IMG/VR virus record: IMGVR_UViG_3300020469_000002
Span: 10,928 to 74,927 of that record
Length of the DNA stretch: 64,000 nt
Strand: one strand, 5' to 3'
Origin: a virus
Under the pieces are notes generated by a model. It was not told the DNA's origin. It worked only from the letters and a program-made list of their open reading frames with translations, and did no database searches. The translations under genes were made by a program, and so were the position numbers. Below, one piece after another: positions 30,485-39,549 of the stretch. Numbering within the stretch: the first letter of the stretch is position 1; the number at the start of each line of letters is the position of its first letter.

Positions 30485-31564
30485 GTGCCTCTTCCAACAT
30501 TGACATGGCATCAACGATTTCTCGGAAGCGTCAGCGATGGGAATGACCCAGTGACCGTTTTGACTGCGCTTCGCGACTATCTCGCGACAAGCGTCTCCCC
30601 TTCGTTCAAGTGGACGGTCACTGCTGATGGTGTCTCGAACACTGAGTCGGGAGGCTCAGTTGCTGCTCCGTATCTGGAGCTTACGAGTGCAGCGAACGTC
30701 GGTGCCAACCCGATCAAGATCCTTATTGCAGGATCAGACTCTTCGAGCTTCCCGACGAACGACAGCTTCTACGGCGGAAACTCCGGTATCGGGGACTACA
30801 AGCCGTCTCTGAGTCGTCAGAACTCGATCGTCATCGGGATTGCTCCTGACGGCGGCACACTCAACGGTCCTCACACTCAAGCGAACCCATACGGAAGTGC
30901 TCGTTGGTCAGGGTACGTGAAGCTCCACGAGCCTTTGACGGCAACACAAATCGACAATCTTTGGGTTGTGGATAGCGCAGAGGTGATCGCTATTCTAACC
31001 CAAGGGTCGGACAACTTGATTCGCGGAGTAATCGCTGGTGCTTGCATCGCTCCGCTCAGTGACAATGCAGGTGAAACGCAGCACGGTGGCGTCGGTAGAA
31101 CATACGGAATCGTGACGATTCACGCAGGGCTCGGGTTCAGAAACTACTGGCGAAAGAACCCGCCAACAGCGAACTTCCTTTCTCCGCAAAGCAACAACGG
31201 GAACAACACCGATGGAAAGGGGGGTCAGGGAATCAGCTTGTGCTGGGACCCCGATGGTGGCGGGTTGGCACACTTCGCGTACTACCACGTTGTCCCGACT
31301 CAAACGAATACAGGTACAACCATCTTCCCCGGTGCTCTTCTCGATAGTGTCGGGAACTACGCAACGATCCCCATTCCTCTCGTGAATCGAAGCACTACCA
31401 CGTATCAGCAGACTCGAATGATCGGCGTGATGCGGCAAGTGAAGTATGCGGCAACCAGTCGATGTCGCGCGGTCTTTCAAGATTCTACGGGTAACGATGT
31501 AGGGTTCGTAGTATCTACGACTCTTACCGCTGATGGTGAGGCGTTTGCGTTCACGAACAGCTAA
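30485..31564 (+). CDS. Putative tail/receptor-binding protein
   Basis: AGGAG RBS; S/T/G/N-rich; last gene of the structural operon. Confidence 0.55.
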   Translation: MPLPTLTWHQRFLGSVSDGNDPVTVLTALRDYLATSVSPSFKWTVTADGVSNTESGGSVAAPYLELTSAANVGANPIKILIAGSDSSSFPTNDSFYGGNSGIGDYKPSLSRQNSIVIGIAPDGGTLNGPHTQANPYGSARWSGYVKLHEPLTATQIDNLWVVDSAEVIAILTQGSDNLIRGVIAGACIAPLSDNAGETQHGGVGRTYGIVTIHAGLGFRNYWRKNPPTANFLSPQSNNGNNTDGKGGQGISLCWDPDGGGLAHFAYYHVVPTQTNTGTTIFPGALLDSVGNYATIPIPLVNRSTTTYQQTRMIGVMRQVKYAATSRCRAVFQDSTGNDVGFVVSTTLTADGEAFAFTNS

Positions 31565-32322
31565 TCGCTGGCTCTGCTTCGAGAATCAAACACTGCCGAC
31601 ATCGCACTTCCAAGTATTCCGGTCAACACGAGCAGCACTCTCTCGACCATGGCGATCCCCTCGATGTCGCTTGTCCCGGTGACCCACTGACCGACAACGA
31701 GCGCACCGAGCAGACACACGAGCAACACGGTTCCGCCGTAGATTTGTCTGAGAAGAGTGATCTGACCCGAGAGACGCCTTTGTCTAAGCAGACCGTTCTC
31801 TGCCGCTCTGCGAGCGTTTTCCGCTTCATCGCGAAGCTGCTCTGCCTCCCCTCTGAGTCGATCGGCTTCGCTTAGGGCGTCTTCGCCTTCACGTACTGCG
31901 GAGGCAAGTGCCTCTTCTCGGGCGTAGTATTCGGTTCGATCCATAAAGAGAGCGACGAAGTACCGCTCTCCTGAGTGCTCAACGGGCGCGACGTTCGCAA
32001 GTACAGGCACGAGTGCGCCGTCTCGTCTCTTCGCGTCGAGTCTTCGCCATGTGCCCATCACTGAAGAACGACTGTGCTTTCTTGTGGACTTGATGTGGCG
32101 CTCTACGATCTCCTGATGTTTGCTTGCGATCTCTTCGGACATAAGCTCGCGAACATTCATTTGGTTCATGAGCGTGCCGCTGGAATATCCAAACAATATC
32201 GCGGCGCTGTTGTTCGCGAAAAGAACGAATATCTCGCCGCTCTCGTCATCTGGAAAGGTCCCGACTACGAATCCTATTTGTAGCCGAGACCCAACCTGTT
32301 CGAGTGTTTCGAGGACATTCAT
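31561..32322 (-). CDS. PAS domain - coiled coil - two C-terminal TM helices
   Basis: FANNSAAILFGYS...NVRELM...KRRDG..VPV.ANV...YFVALFMDRTE is a PAS/PAC pattern; acidic coiled coil; two hydrophobic segments. Start uncertain (32322 or upstream). Confidence 0.8.
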   Translation of the reverse strand: MNVLETLEQVGSRLQIGFVVGTFPDDESGEIFVLFANNSAAILFGYSSGTLMNQMNVRELMSEEIASKHQEIVERHIKSTRKHSRSSVMGTWRRLDAKRRDGALVPVLANVAPVEHSGERYFVALFMDRTEYYAREEALASAVREGEDALSEADRLRGEAEQLRDEAENARRAAENGLLRQRRLSGQITLLRQIYGGTVLLVCLLGALVVGQWVTGTSDIEGIAMVERVLLVLTGILGSAMSAVFDSRSRASD

Positions 32323-32345
32323 GCGCGGATCATACCGCGCCACGT

Positions 32346-34334
32346 TCAGTGCCGCGAGCCCATGGGCGTCTGCTCCCATGTGTCTGCGTAAACGCAAGCC
32401 TCTGGATCGTAGAACAGAACGACTCTCGCCCCCTGCAATCCGAACTCACTTCTGCACTTGTCCACGTGAACAGCAGTTGCGGGGTGTTCAACGCCTCTTC
32501 CCGGCAAGAGTCGTTCGAGCACGATTCCGACATGAGCATCCTGTCTGATCGCGCTTGCTCCTTTGAGGTCTGAGATTCGCACTCTGCGCTGTTGAGAGAT
32601 TGAGAGGTTGTTCGGGTGACAAATCAGAATGACCGAGATCTCCAGTTGCACGGCGAGCATCGCGAGCTTTCGAACTGCGTTTTCGATTCCTCTTCTTTCG
32701 TCTTCCGCCCCATCTACGAGAAAGCCCAAGTGATCGATGATCACCCATCGAGCATCGCGTCTGCGAACAGCGTAGGAGATCAAGCGAAGAAGCTCCTCGA
32801 ACTCCAAGTGACCGTAGTGATCGAGCAAATAGATCGGGAGAGATCCAAGTCGAGCAAGTGCGGTTCGTCGCTGATTCTCAGTGAAGGCTGTGAAGTCTCC
32901 ACCCATTTCGGCTCGCAACAGCTTTTGGACCTGCCCGATGGGTCTTTGCTCAAACGATGTCATCATTCCAGGGATGCCTCTTCTTCCTTGTTCGAGACCA
33001 ACCCAGTTTGTGAATGAAGTCTTCCCTGCTGCTGTGTCGCCTGTCACCACGATTAGCCCGGGTCTGAGACCACCGAGTGCAGCATCGAGACCCATGCTTC
33101 CAAACGTGAGCCCTCGAAGACTGCCTGGATTCTGAACAAGATCTTCCAGTTCGTCCGCAAACGCATCGACACGAACCAGCCCAGCTTCGAGCAGCGGTTG
33201 GGCTGCATCGAGAACATCGCGCATCGTCTGTTCGGACACTCCATTTCTCAAACAGTCCGCAGCATCGTTGTGCGGGAGTCGAGCGCGAGAGCATCGATCT
33301 CGACCCAGCTTGTCTGCAACCGACTTTGCTCCCTTGTCTCCAGCAGCATCGTCGTCGTAGGCAAGAATGAAGTGTCTGTATGGTTCGAGCGTGTCGAGCC
33401 ATTCGTCGGCCCATGTTCCCGCCCCCGCTGTTCCCGAGACAAGATGCTCTCTGAATCCAAGCTGCCAAAGTGCCATCGCGTCAAGCTCGCCCTCGGTGAT
33501 AATCACGTCCTTGTCGTGATCTTCAGTGAGAGTTGCGATTCCGAAGAGAGTCGTAGGTCGACCCGGTGCTCGTCGGTATGTCTTCTTCACTTCCCCCTGA
33601 TCACATCTTCTGCAACCAGCTCCATCGCAGTGAAGGCATTTTCCAGGCACGCTGCGAAAGCGCATGTTCACAGGCTTTTCATGCTTGTCGAGAACGGGAA
33701 TCGAAACGTACTGCTCGACTGTCTTCCCATTTCTGTCTCGAACGATGAGTGCCCCAACCTTCCAAGCCTTCAGCGTTCGATCTTCAAACCCACGACTGAG
33801 CAAGTATTCGCGCACGGCTTGCCCATCGTCTGACCACAGATTGTTGATGCACTCGTCCGTCAACGAGTCAGACCACTTGAATGGCCCATTGTAGTTCTTC
33901 GCGTCTTCGACCTTCGGCTTGGTTTGTTCTCGTTTTCTGCGAGTGTTCGAGACAGGCAGAATCTTGGAGGCGATGTCGTCCCGTGTGCAGAGCCCGAGAT
34001 CAGCAGCGCGTTTCCGAACATCATCAAACTGATCTCGATTCAGTGTCCGCAAAGGAGTGCTGTGCACGTCATACGAGATCAGATCAACACCGTCTCCCGC
34101 GCGATCGCACACAAAGCACTTCCATCCCTGTCCGTCAGGTCTCGCACCGATGGGACCTCGCGAGTCTGAGCTTCCACGCTTCTCAGCGTTGCAGCCGGGA
34201 CAAGGTGAGATCGATCGCGATCTCTTCATCGTCATCCCGAGAGCTTGGGCCACCTCTCGAACGTCATGCTCTTTGATTTGCTCAATCCATCTACGAATCA
34301 TTGGAAGAGCCTTCGTCTGTTGAGTGTGGTTCAT
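32346..34334 (-). CDS. Primase-helicase (Zn finger, TOPRIM, SF4 helicase; T7 gp4/Twinkle-like)
   Basis: CPGC..CFVC; IITEGELDAMAL; LAYDDDAAGDKG; GDTAAGKTS; VIIDHL; LKGASAIRQDA; KCRSEFG. Alternative start at 34301. Confidence 0.92.
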   Translation of the reverse strand: MNHTQQTKALPMIRRWIEQIKEHDVREVAQALGMTMKRSRSISPCPGCNAEKRGSSDSRGPIGARPDGQGWKCFVCDRAGDGVDLISYDVHSTPLRTLNRDQFDDVRKRAADLGLCTRDDIASKILPVSNTRRKREQTKPKVEDAKNYNGPFKWSDSLTDECINNLWSDDGQAVREYLLSRGFEDRTLKAWKVGALIVRDRNGKTVEQYVSIPVLDKHEKPVNMRFRSVPGKCLHCDGAGCRRCDQGEVKKTYRRAPGRPTTLFGIATLTEDHDKDVIITEGELDAMALWQLGFREHLVSGTAGAGTWADEWLDTLEPYRHFILAYDDDAAGDKGAKSVADKLGRDRCSRARLPHNDAADCLRNGVSEQTMRDVLDAAQPLLEAGLVRVDAFADELEDLVQNPGSLRGLTFGSMGLDAALGGLRPGLIVVTGDTAAGKTSFTNWVGLEQGRRGIPGMMTSFEQRPIGQVQKLLRAEMGGDFTAFTENQRRTALARLGSLPIYLLDHYGHLEFEELLRLISYAVRRRDARWVIIDHLGFLVDGAEDERRGIENAVRKLAMLAVQLEISVILICHPNNLSISQQRRVRISDLKGASAIRQDAHVGIVLERLLPGRGVEHPATAVHVDKCRSEFGLQGARVVLFYDPEACVYADTWEQTPMGSRH

Positions 34335-35340
34335 TCAGCATGTAGAGGTTGTTTCCGTCAGAGCTTCGCTGAGCCAAGTAGACATCGAACCCAGCTCCGC
34401 GAAGCTCAGACAGTCGAGCCCCGTACCTTCGACCGATTTTCGCAAGCTCGCTCGTGGTCACACCCTTTTCGCCTCTCTCTCGAAAGAGAGCCAGAATCTC
34501 GCAGCACTGAGCAGACAATCGTTCAGCACCATCTGGTGATGTCGAGACTGTGCCAATAGGCCCTCGTCTTCGATACGCAGCAAGCGGACCAAGAGTTGTA
34601 CCAGACTCACTCTTCACGTCGCCCTGTTTTGCTGTGAACGCTCGCATGGCTTCGATCCGACCCGCGATTCGAGTGATTCGAAGAAGATTGTCGAGCCCGA
34701 GATACGTTCTCTGACTCGGGTTCTCGCCTCTCCAGTATCGTGGACCTGCATCGTCGCTTGTGTATGCGTACTCGATGAAATCGCACAGACTGTCCACGTC
34801 TGACTCTCGAAGAGCGGGCTCGATCATTCGCTTCGCGCCTGCACCAAGCCTGCATCGGGATGGTTCACGTTGATGCTTTTTCCAAGAATCGAATACACGC
34901 TCGACATCTCGCGAGACGATTCCTGACGCTTTCGATCGCTTGCTGCCAAACGCGCGAGGCGACGCTCTACGCGCTTCGGCAGTAGTTGCGCGTCTACTGA
35001 GCAGCAGAGACAGCGTAGCACGCACCAAATCGCGCGAGGGGGGCGGCAAAGCGTATGAAGCGCAAGCAAGAGCGCCTCTCGTCGGCTGCTCACCCGATCG
35101 AGTCACCCATGCGTATCTGTTTCCGTCTGGTGCAAGGTAGATCGCGATGTGACCCGCATCGACCAGCTTTTCCATGGCTGCATCTTGAAAGTGAAGAAAC
35201 CGAGAGTCGAGCAGAACGATTCCGTCTCGATCTGTGTGTGAGTAGAGCCGCAGAAGCTCCAGCTTCTCTCTGTGTTCCATCTTCTGAATCGACTGATCGT
35301 GCCAGAACGATGCTCGAAGAACCAAGTCTCTGGTAGTCAT
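34291..35340 (-). CDS. Putative replication initiator-like protein with C-terminal wHTH
   Basis: GAGGACACA-ATG start; VFDSWK...YWRGEN...YLGLDNLLR resembles phage initiator C-terminal domains; RYGARLSELRGAG wHTH. Confidence 0.55.
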   Translation of the reverse strand: MTTRDLVLRASFWHDQSIQKMEHREKLELLRLYSHTDRDGIVLLDSRFLHFQDAAMEKLVDAGHIAIYLAPDGNRYAWVTRSGEQPTRGALACASYALPPPSRDLVRATLSLLLSRRATTAEARRASPRAFGSKRSKASGIVSRDVERVFDSWKKHQREPSRCRLGAGAKRMIEPALRESDVDSLCDFIEYAYTSDDAGPRYWRGENPSQRTYLGLDNLLRITRIAGRIEAMRAFTAKQGDVKSESGTTLGPLAAYRRRGPIGTVSTSPDGAERLSAQCCEILALFRERGEKGVTTSELAKIGRRYGARLSELRGAGFDVYLAQRSSDGNNLYMLNEPHSTDEGSSNDS

Positions 35341-35425
35341 TGTGTCCTCTTGTTGATGTGGTCCGAACGAAAAGCGCGCACGACGAAATCGCCGCACGCG
35401 CTGAAGGTCCTTGCAGGCGTGCAGA

Positions 35426-35968
35426 TTAGAACGGGATGTCAGACCCGCCCACCGCCGAGTAGCTACCGCCACCGCTTGCAGGAGCAGCACTCTTCTTCTT
35501 CGCTCCTTCTGCGTAGTCTTCGAGCGCGACCACCAGTTCTTCCATCTGCTTCGTGATCTCGCCCTTGTAGGGATCGATCTGACCCTTCGCAAGCTGCGGG
35601 CGCTCTGCGTTCTTGTTGTTCACCCACGTCGAGACGCCGCACTGCACGGGACGGGAGGTCAGAATGTCCCGAGTCCGCTCCTGATCGCTTGCGTCCCACG
35701 ACTCGTTGTGACCAACAGCACGAGCGAATCGAGACAGCTTCCATGCAGCGCCAGCAGTCAGGTAGAACCGCTCGTACATGCGAGCCCCAGCCTGTTCGCC
35801 TTGAACACAGCAGAACAGCACTTCGATCACGGTGTCTCCGCGCTTGCTCTGATTGTAGTTCAGATCCGCAGCCCAGCAGACATGATTGCCGGCGGTGAGC
35901 CAAGGCGGTGCGCTCACTCCAGAGCCGTTGGTAGAAGAGTCATCTTGCGGGTTGATGATGAATGACAT
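35426..35968 (-). CDS. Single-stranded DNA-binding protein (DUF669-like)
   Basis: Acidic SDIPF C-terminus; adjacent to a Sak4-like ATPase. Confidence 0.75.
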   Translation of the reverse strand: MSFIINPQDDSSTNGSGVSAPPWLTAGNHVCWAADLNYNQSKRGDTVIEVLFCCVQGEQAGARMYERFYLTAGAAWKLSRFARAVGHNESWDASDQERTRDILTSRPVQCGVSTWVNNKNAERPQLAKGQIDPYKGEITKQMEELVVALEDYAEGAKKKSAAPASGGGSYSAVGGSDIPF

Positions 35969-36027
35969 CGAGTGTCCTCACTTTGCGCATTTGCGCGGTT
36001 GTTGCGGCAAAGCCGCGATTGAATGTT

Positions 36028-36888
36028 TCAAGCCAGGGTTGCGCCGGTTGTACGACGACGAGAGCGACGACGCTTCTTTGCGCCACCCGTCTCTTTCGGA
36101 TCAGCATCGCTGACGCCCGCTTCGACCACAGGCGCGTCGTTGCTCATGATCTTTTTGACCCAGTTGCTCATGTTCGGATCTTCCACAGCATCAAGCTGCG
36201 GGAGAGACTTCGTGAGATAGTTCGAAGCCCCGCGCAACAGAACACGGTGCGACAAAACCTGCGAGCCATCTTCGTTTTCCTCACTGCGACGAAAGACGTA
36301 CCCGACGACGTTGAAGTACCCAGCGACCTCGTTCGGCAGCTTCTTGCCCTGAAACGATGGGACAACGTAGCGAGTCCCACTGTCGTCAGTCTCGGTGTCC
36401 GACAGACAGATCGCGACGACATGAAACGGCAGGTCGCGAATGGTGCGAACCAGCTTTCGCATACGATCGGTCAGGGTAGACCAGTCTTCGAGAGTCCACT
36501 TGACCTCTCCGTTCGGACCAGCACGCTTGCTCGACATGATCTCGTCTCGCAGCATCCGTTGAAGCTCGGTGAGAGAGTCGATCACAACAGTCTTGACTTC
36601 CGCGTTCGCGAGCGTTCCGTCGAGTGCAGCGGTGAAGAACTCTCGAACAATCTGCATCGAAGAGACGTTCCGATTCTGCGAAGTGCTCACGACATCGACA
36701 ACGATGGCATCGGGATTCGACGCTCGAATCGAGAGCAGCCCGTTCGGCTCCGTGAGCAAGAAGCACGGTCGAGGCATCTTCGAAGCAGCGGTTGTCTTAC
36801 CGGCACCACTGTCGCCGTGCAGCAGTGCGCGAAGCAGAATCGTGTCCTCTGCTCGCTCGCGAAGAGGTGAAAGATTCAGAAGGGACAT
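36028..36888 (-). CDS. Sak4/AAA_24-type recombination ATPase
   Basis: LLHGDSGAGKTT, TEPNG, TVVIDSLTELQ, GYFNVVGY. Confidence 0.85.
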   Translation of the reverse strand: MSLLNLSPLRERAEDTILLRALLHGDSGAGKTTAASKMPRPCFLLTEPNGLLSIRASNPDAIVVDVVSTSQNRNVSSMQIVREFFTAALDGTLANAEVKTVVIDSLTELQRMLRDEIMSSKRAGPNGEVKWTLEDWSTLTDRMRKLVRTIRDLPFHVVAICLSDTETDDSGTRYVVPSFQGKKLPNEVAGYFNVVGYVFRRSEENEDGSQVLSHRVLLRGASNYLTKSLPQLDAVEDPNMSNWVKKIMSNDAPVVEAGVSDADPKETGGAKKRRRSRRRTTGATLA

Positions 36889-38285
36889 TTGATCTCCGTG
36901 GTTTGGGGTGCCTCAGACTGAGTGAGGCTGTTTTGTGAAAGCCAGCGCAGTGCGGGGCTTTCGATGAAGTCGCGACGCGCTTCGGTACTGTCGTGTAGGC
37001 AGATAGACTTGAAATCGCACCCGTGACCCTGCACGCGACAAACCGCAGTGCGAGGGAAGTGCGCTGATACTGCATCTTCGTTGACTCGCTCACATCCGCT
37101 GCTCATGCGAATCGAGTTCCGACGCATTTTCGCGAATCTTTGCGCGTCTGCAAAGAGCTCCATTTCGAAGCGACGCATCAAGCGTTCATCGAAGGTTCCG
37201 AACTCTCGCAAGTACAGCTTTTGATCCACAGTGAACTCGCTCTCTCGGGCGAGAGCTTCGATCTTGTCCCACTCGGCATCGGTGTGCTTCGCTTCAATGC
37301 CCGGTGTTTCGACGCACTTTTTCCAAGCCCACGAGGGCACGCTTGCTTGTGTTCTCGCGGCAGTCGAGAGCTTGCCCGATTTGAGAAACTTCGGTCGAGA
37401 CCAACCACGTGAAGAGATCACATCATACTGATACCCGATCACGTTTCCGCTCCCTTCGAACCAGTCTGCGAAGTGTCTCCCGTGGTTCAGCAGCCGCATG
37501 TACCCGGGGATCTGTGTGTCCAGATGAAGATCTCGAACGAAGCTCGTGGGGTTCGCACTGGTCTTGAACTCGTGAACCAGCAGATCTCCCGTCTTTCGAT
37601 TCTGAAGAACCGCGTCCAGCCTGCCGACTTGATAGAATGGCAACAGCACCTCGTCAATCGGTTGCTTGAACTGGTCGCCGGGACGAGCCATTCGCCATCC
37701 CCCTTCTTCTTCGACCACGGGAACTTTCGAGCGATAGATTTTGCCGGTGCGCCACGAGACCACAGGACACGCGAAAGCACGCTCCGTATCAACGACCTTC
37801 CAGTCGCTCAGAGGGTACGCCCCCCAACGCTCGATGTACCCTTGCAGCATTTGGCTGAGTCGGCTCTCTTCTTCGTCCCACTCAATCGAAAGCTCTTGAT
37901 TGGCCCACCAGTCTCTACGCATCGACTCCATGCAGATCTCGACGATTCCGCCACCCGTACCATCACAGACAGGACAATCTGAATCGTATTGATCGCGAAC
38001 TTTGCAGAGCGGGCAGACGCGTGCCCAATCATGAGGGACCGGCAAGTCGGTGTGTTTGTAGAAGGTGAACAACGCGTCCAGTGCATCATGCACCCAGCGA
38101 CCGCGGGACATCGCCTTGTTGCCCGCCCCCTTCATTCGCAACGCATACGCGAAGTGCCAGCGACGGTCGCACCACGCTGACTTTCGCTCGCTGTTTGTGA
38201 ACGCCATGGCTGCTGCCGGCAAGCCGAGAACGTCGTCCTCGTACCTCGGCAAGATCGTCTGTGTTGGCTTGAAAGGTCGTGTCAT
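36876..38285 (-). CDS. PD-(D/E)XK exonuclease (Cas4/RecB-like)
   Basis: CDRRWHF, GRWVHDALD, GRLDAVL...VHEFKTS, QIPGY, C-terminal C...CDFKSIC. Confidence 0.85.
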   Translation of the reverse strand: MTRPFKPTQTILPRYEDDVLGLPAAAMAFTNSERKSAWCDRRWHFAYALRMKGAGNKAMSRGRWVHDALDALFTFYKHTDLPVPHDWARVCPLCKVRDQYDSDCPVCDGTGGGIVEICMESMRRDWWANQELSIEWDEEESRLSQMLQGYIERWGAYPLSDWKVVDTERAFACPVVSWRTGKIYRSKVPVVEEEGGWRMARPGDQFKQPIDEVLLPFYQVGRLDAVLQNRKTGDLLVHEFKTSANPTSFVRDLHLDTQIPGYMRLLNHGRHFADWFEGSGNVIGYQYDVISSRGWSRPKFLKSGKLSTAARTQASVPSWAWKKCVETPGIEAKHTDAEWDKIEALARESEFTVDQKLYLREFGTFDERLMRRFEMELFADAQRFAKMRRNSIRMSSGCERVNEDAVSAHFPRTAVCRVQGHGCDFKSICLHDSTEARRDFIESPALRWLSQNSLTQSEAPQTTEIKCPF

Positions 38286-38448
38286 GTTCTCTCCCTCGCT
38301 GTCTGATGTTAGCCTTCGTGTGTAATCTTCACACACTGATCAGCAGTATGACTGCCAAAAAGTGTCCGACAAAGTGAAGTCACGCAGGGCTATCTCGCAC
38401 AATGAGGCGCGCGGCCGCGAATCGACCACGCGCACTCGAAGCGCGGTA

Positions 38449-39372
38449 TCATGCAGAAGCCGCAGTCTCAGTAGACTCGATTGCGGGCTCGCTGACGGGC
38501 TGAGTCTTCGAGAGCAAGATCGTGAGGAACTTGGTCTCGGAGTCCTTTTTGACTTTGACGTTGAAGCCGCGTTCGATCAGCATCTTGCCAGCCTGACCGC
38601 TGCTGTACCAGATTGCGCGATGCTTGGTCCACGACTTGGGTGCATCGAAGCCCAGAGTCGAGCACTCGATGACGAGCGTTCCATCATCCGTTTCGACTGC
38701 TGCTGCCATGAACTGATCGAATCGCGCGATCGTGTTGGGACGCGGTTGACTCTTCGTCTTCTTCTTGGTCGGCTTGTCCGCGAGCAGGTCTGCCACAACC
38801 GCACTCTTCGCGATCGCTTCTGCTCGCTTCTTCTGCTTCTCGTCGGCTTCCTGAGACTGCTCGCTGTCGGCACTTTCGACAACCATATCGAACTTGACCA
38901 CGGTCACGTCGGAGTCGTCTTCGACCGACACCTCGGGCTCGGCTTCATCCTCGGTGTTCGGTGCTTCCATCGCTTCGAGAACTTCGCGAGTGTTCACAGT
39001 GCGAACATCGACGATCTCTCCACCCTGCACGGTCTCGATGACGAGATCCCCATCGTTGTCGAACGAGGCGTACCCCTCTTCCGTGTGAGCGACTTCTTCG
39101 TCATGCTCGACAGTCGAGTCTCCGATGATTGCGGCTTCGAAAAGCTCCTGATGATTCTTGACGCTGATTGGTCCTTCGAAGCCCGAACTCCGAATCTTCG
39201 CAACCTTCGTCGCGTAGGTATACACGTCTTTCTTGTTCCAGCCATCGCTCTTCCGAGCAGCCTTGACCCCACCCGACGCTTTCGCATCGCGCAGAGCACT
39301 CATAAGGTAGGCGAGAGAGGTTCGAGCGTTGATGCTCTCGATCATGGTCTTCTTGGGCTTGGTAGCAGGCAT
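38449..39372 (-). CDS. Hypothetical early protein, paralog of 62934-63473
   Basis: Own promoter; shares YATK and KHRA..Y..G..G..L.ER motifs with 62934-63473. Confidence 0.75.
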   Translation of the reverse strand: MPATKPKKTMIESINARTSLAYLMSALRDAKASGGVKAARKSDGWNKKDVYTYATKVAKIRSSGFEGPISVKNHQELFEAAIIGDSTVEHDEEVAHTEEGYASFDNDGDLVIETVQGGEIVDVRTVNTREVLEAMEAPNTEDEAEPEVSVEDDSDVTVVKFDMVVESADSEQSQEADEKQKKRAEAIAKSAVVADLLADKPTKKKTKSQPRPNTIARFDQFMAAAVETDDGTLVIECSTLGFDAPKSWTKHRAIWYSSGQAGKMLIERGFNVKVKKDSETKFLTILLSKTQPVSEPAIESTETAASA

Positions 39373-39429
39373 TGTAGTGTTCTCACGTTTGAGTGATCGC
39401 GAGACGACACAGACGCCGCTCGCAGGTCT

Positions 39430-39458
39430 CTTCTACTAAAGAGCTAAGACCCATACAA
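39430..39458 (-). promoter_or_regulatory. Sigma70-like early promoter
   Basis: TTGTAT-N17-TAGAAG. Confidence 0.55.
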
Positions 39459-39549
39459 GCGTTTTCTGCCAAAAGATGCTTCCACCCGTAGTCACAGAGC
39501 GACAAGTGATTTCGTGATCGCGCTGTCAGACAATGTTCCACTCACTGTC

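Noticed and set aside
29094-31564. Diversity-generating retroelement or invertible tail fibre cassette
   Set aside because: No reverse transcriptase, no adenine-variant repeat pair and no inverted fibre copy seen.
36876-38285. Cas4 as part of a CRISPR system
   Set aside because: Sits with a Sak4-like ATPase and SSB, the standard phage recombination trio.
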